From NCBI GenBank assembly GCA_036563745.1, contig DATCLV010000514.1, positions 1 through 27,961 on the forward strand: 27,961 bases of DNA, written 5' to 3'. Of this stretch, positions 25,413-27,961 are shown piece by piece (within the stretch, counting starts at the first letter, position 1; every line of letters begins with the position of its first letter). The notes beneath the pieces were generated by a model that worked only from the letters and a program-made list of their open reading frames with translations, had not been told where the DNA came from and made no database searches. The position numbers and the translations under genes were made by a program. The DNA comes from Acidimicrobiales bacterium. GTDB lineage: Bacteria > Actinomycetota > Acidimicrobiia > Acidimicrobiales > VFJN01.

Positions 25413-26290
25413 CGCCGGTGCTCCAGCGCCAGGCCGGGCGTGGGCCAGGTGCAGGCGACGACCCGGCCGGTCTCCGACAGGGTCAGGTAGGCGGTGGTGC
25501 GGTCGGGCCCGCCGAAGCAGAGGTTGGTGACCATGGGGTCGAACAGGTCGTCGGGCAGCGTGTGCTGGGTGACCGTGCCCCCGTCGGCGCTGAACTGCGT
25601 GACCACGCCGGAGATCAGCGTGCCGACGCAGACGCTGCCGTCGGCGGCCACGGCCAGCGAGTCGAACATCTGGACGCCGGGGACGCTGCCCACCAGCGAG
25701 TCGGGGTCGTGGTTGCGGTCGTGGACGAGCTCGCCGGGGCCCACGATCTCCCGCCCGTAGAGCCGGCCGGACAGGGTCTCGGCCCAGTAGAGCGTGCGGC
25801 CGTCGGGCGAGAGGCCGATGCCGTTGGGGGCGTCGACCTTGTCGATCACTCGCACGATCCCGCTGCCGTCGGCCCGGGCGTGGAACAGCCCGCCGTAGAG
25901 GCGGGCGTCGGCGAGGAACTTGCCGGTGTCGGTGAACCAGAAGCCGCCGTCGCCGTCGAAGACGAGGTCGTTGGGTCCGGCGAGCCGTCGCCCGTCGCAC
26001 GCCTCGTAGAGCACCTCGACCTTGCCGGTGTCGAGGTCGACCCGCTCGACGCGCCCGCCCCGGTACTCGGCTTCGGCGCCGCCGTTGTTGCAGACGTAGA
26101 GGGCGCCGTCGGGGCCGATGGCCATGCCGTTGGGCCCGCCGCCGGGCTCGGCGACCACCTCGGGGCGCCCCGTCCCGTCGGGCGGGATCCGGGTGACGAC
26201 GCCCCGGCGGATCTCGGCGACGAGGAGGCTGCCGTCGTCCAGCGCCACCGGCCCCTCGGGGAAGACCAGCCCCTCCGCCACGACCCGCAC
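25409..26290 (-). CDS. SMP-30/gluconolactonase/LRE family protein
   Basis: FPEGP, PNGMA, PNDLVFD..GG.WFTD, PNGIGLSPDG, TNLCFGG. GTG 26290 is preferred over ATG 26320 because the extra 10 codons consist of operator site E; the start is uncertain. Confidence 0.9.
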   Translation of the reverse strand: MRVVAEGLVFPEGPVALDDGSLLVAEIRRGVVTRIPPDGTGRPEVVAEPGGGPNGMAIGPDGALYVCNNGGAEAEYRGGRVERVDLDTGKVEVLYEACDGRRLAGPNDLVFDGDGGFWFTDTGKFLADARLYGGLFHARADGSGIVRVIDKVDAPNGIGLSPDGRTLYWAETLSGRLYGREIVGPGELVHDRNHDPDSLVGSVPGVQMFDSLAVAADGSVCVGTLISGVVTQFSADGGTVTQHTLPDDLFDPMVTNLCFGGPDRTTAYLTLSETGRVVACTWPTPGLALEHRR

Positions 26291-26293
26291 GTC

Positions 26294-26316
26294 AACAAGC
26301 GGTCGCTTGCTTGGTT
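26294..26316. promoter_or_regulatory. Shared operator site E (lactonase-MDR promoter)
   Basis: Plus AACAAGC-GGTC-GCTTGCTTGGTT; minus AACCAAGCAAGCGACCGCTTGTT. Confidence 0.65.
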
Positions 26317-26445
26317 CCATGGACCACTTCTACACCAGGCCGGCACCCCCGTGCAGGGGGGCCCACGGGGGTGCCGGCGGGTGGAGGTGCAGCGGCAGGG
26401 CGGACCCGGGCGGCGGCCGGGGCCGGGCGGGCCGACCCGGCCCCG

Positions 26446-26880
26446 TCAGTGGGCGTGCTCGTGGTGGTGGCGGACCATCACCAGGTACATGAGCGGGAAC
26501 ATCGCCACGTGCTCGATCACCATCAGGGCGCCGCCGTCGAGCACCCCGGCCCCGACGAGCGGCAGCAGCGCCACCGGCGTGACGAGCATGGCGCCGGCCA
26601 TCTCCAGGGTCCCGGCCCAGGCATGGCCCCGGAACCGCATCCAGACGACCATGCCGAGCGCCATGTCGACGGCCATCTTCAACGCGGCGACCGCGGGCGA
26701 CAGCTCGACGTCGAGCCCGAGGACCGCCACCGCCCCGACCCAGAGCCCGCCGAACACGCCCATGCCCACGAACATCGCCACGACCATCTCCAGGTAGTGG
26801 CGGGCGAGCCCCCGCGACCACCACACGGTGCCGTGCCCCGGCTCGACACCCGTCGTCCTCTGCAGCTCTGCGACCGTCAT
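26446..26880 (-). CDS. Small Met/His-rich four-helix membrane protein of unknown function
   Basis: 144 aa, four hydrophobic segments, 14 Met, 9 His, C-terminal HHHEHAH; RBS GGGAGGGGA. Confidence 0.8.
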   Translation of the reverse strand: MTVAELQRTTGVEPGHGTVWWSRGLARHYLEMVVAMFVGMGVFGGLWVGAVAVLGLDVELSPAVAALKMAVDMALGMVVWMRFRGHAWAGTLEMAGAMLVTPVALLPLVGAGVLDGGALMVIEHVAMFPLMYLVMVRHHHEHAH

Positions 26881-26904
26881 CCCGATCCCCTCCCTCGCCT
26901 TTAA

Positions 26905-26959
26905 GTCGAACAGTGTTGTTCAGGTTTTCCGCACGATAACCTGAACACACCTGTTCGAC
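26905..26959. promoter_or_regulatory. Paired TetR-type operators in the divergent promoter
   Basis: 22-bp inverted repeat (19/22) with an 11-nt spacer; each arm contains GAACA-N4-TGTTC (26908-26921, 26943-26956). Confidence 0.8.
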
Positions 26960-26987
26960 AACCCTGATCGACTGGGGGATCCCCCTG

Positions 26988-27551
26988 ATGCGAGCCGACG
27001 CCCTCCGCAACATCGACGCGATCCTCGAGGCGGGCCACCGCTGCCTGGCCGCCGATCCCGACGCCTCGGTGGGCGACATCGCCAAGGCGGCCGGCGTCGG
27101 CCGGGTCACGCTCTACGGGCACTTCGCCAACCGGGCCGAGCTCGTCGAGGCCGTCGTCCAGCGGGCGCTGGCGCGCTTCGACGCCGCGCTGGCGTCGGTC
27201 GACTTCGGCGGCGACCCGCGTCAGGCGCTGGTGCGGCTGGTGGAGGCGAGCTGGCGACCCACGGCCGAGTCGGCGAACCTCCTGGTCGCCGCCGAACGGG
27301 CGCTCCCGCCGGAGAAGCTGCTGGCCACCCACGAGGGGCCGGCCAAGCGGGTGGTCGAGCTGCTGGAGCGCGGCCGCGAGGCGGGCGCGTTCCGCACCGA
27401 CCTGCCCACGTCGTGGCTGGTCGCGATGTTCCACGCCACCGTGCACGCCGCGGCCAACGAGCTGGCCGCCGGCAACCTCGACCCCGACGCCGCGGCGCCC
27501 ACCATCGCCACGACCCTCCTCGCCGCCTTCACCCCACCCACCCCGACCTAG
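26988..27551 (+). CDS. TetR/AcrR family transcriptional regulator
   Basis: RADALRN..AILEA, SVGDIAKAAGVGRVTLYGHFANRAEL (HTH); GRxAGAFRTDL. Confidence 0.93.
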   Translation: MRADALRNIDAILEAGHRCLAADPDASVGDIAKAAGVGRVTLYGHFANRAELVEAVVQRALARFDAALASVDFGGDPRQALVRLVEASWRPTAESANLLVAAERALPPEKLLATHEGPAKRVVELLERGREAGAFRTDLPTSWLVAMFHATVHAAANELAAGNLDPDAAAPTIATTLLAAFTPPTPT

Positions 27552-27630
27552 CGGGGGAGCGGTCACCGACCGACGACGTCGACCCGTCCTCCGCCGGTGG
27601 GTCGGACAGCACGTTCCGGTTGGCGGGACC

Positions 27631-27683
27631 TTGACCCGGGGCGGGGGTGGGCTTAGCTTGCCATTGACCAAGCGATTGCTTGG
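27631..27683 (+). promoter_or_regulatory. Sigma70-type promoter plus shared operator site F (aldehyde dehydrogenase)
   Basis: TTGACC (27631-27636), 17 nt, TAGCTT (27654-27659), then a perfect CCAAGC-GATT-GCTTGG (27668-27683) at the predicted start region. Confidence 0.78.
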
Positions 27684-27713
27684 CAGACGGAGACGCCAGG
27701 GGGAGAAGGACGA

Positions 27714-27961
27714 GTGGGCGACGGCGAGACGGCGGTCGGGTTCTCGCAGGTGATCGGCGGCGTGGCCGGACCGGCGCAGGACGGGCGGGTCCTCGACAGC
27801 GTCGACCCGTCGACCGGCACCGTCTGGGCCACCATCCCCCGGGGCACCGCCGCCGACGTCGACGCCGCCGTCCGCGCCGCCCACGCCGCCCGGCGCGACT
27901 GGGCGCGGCTCGGCCCGGCCGGGCGGGCCCGGCGGCTCCGGCGCCTCGCCGAGCTGTTCGC
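27714..27961 (+). CDS. Aldehyde dehydrogenase, N-terminal fragment (runs off the window)
   Basis: Own translation from GTG 27714: MGDGETAVGFSQVIGG...VLDSVDPSTGTVWATIPRGTAADVDAAVRAAHAARRDWARLGPAGRARRLRRLAELF, a classic ALDH N-terminus; RBS GAAGGA. Not in the ORF track. Confidence 0.88.
   Translation, partial: MGDGETAVGFSQVIGGVAGPAQDGRVLDSVDPSTGTVWATIPRGTAADVDAAVRAAHAARRDWARLGPAGRARRLRRLAELF

Noticed and set aside
18318-25490. 2390-aa plus-strand ORF
   Set aside because: Antisense shadow of the kinase, regulator, hrpA and MDR genes; the lack of stops follows from high GC3 on the coding strand; no recognisable domains.
26988-27551. Local TetR as the regulator of the six shared operators
   Set aside because: It has its own distinct double operator (GAACA-N4-TGTTC) in its divergent promoter and I see no KstR2-specific signature; not formally excluded.
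1-27961. Mobile elements, defence systems, CRISPR, tRNA or rRNA
   Set aside because: No transposase, integrase, nuclease or Cas motifs, no repeat-spacer array and no RNA-gene signatures; composition looks uniform by eye.

Overview
Very GC-rich (roughly 75% or more by eye) actinobacterial DNA. The gene content (LLM, SnoaL, amidohydrolase, double CaiB/BaiF, lipoprotein solute-binding protein, leaderless TANNNT promoters) suggests Acidimicrobiia (Iamia-like); this is an inference. About 27 real genes are present, and most long ORFs in the track are GC-driven antisense or off-frame shadows. Catabolic units: LLM / SnoaL (divergent); amidohydrolase; CoA transferase-flavin reductase-SnoaL-LLM operon divergent from an orphan LivJ-type binding protein; Ltp2-like thiolase-fold protein-DUF35-SGNH-BadH-like SDR operon divergent from an NmrA-like gene; SMP-30 lactonase-MDR operon; and a truncated aldehyde dehydrogenase. 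Apparently unrelated genes sit between them: MFS, a Pseudomonas mendocina cutinase-like lipoprotein, FAD-Rieske oxidoreductase, amphi-Trp protein, PepSY plus OmpR-type two-component system, hrpA, and a Met-striped membrane protein with a divergent TetR. Main discovery: one pseudo-palindrome (consensus about ACCAAGC-N4-GCTTGGT, within 1-2 mismatches of the KstR2-type box AnCAAGnnCTTGnT) occurs at six promoter regions, one for each catabolic unit. This outlines a dispersed, non-canonical regulon whose regulator is probably outside the window. Two further cis-regulatory codes are readable: the two-component system direct repeat CTGACA-N5-CTGAA and the local TetR box GAACA-N4-TGTTC. No rRNA, tRNA, CRISPR array or transposase was seen.
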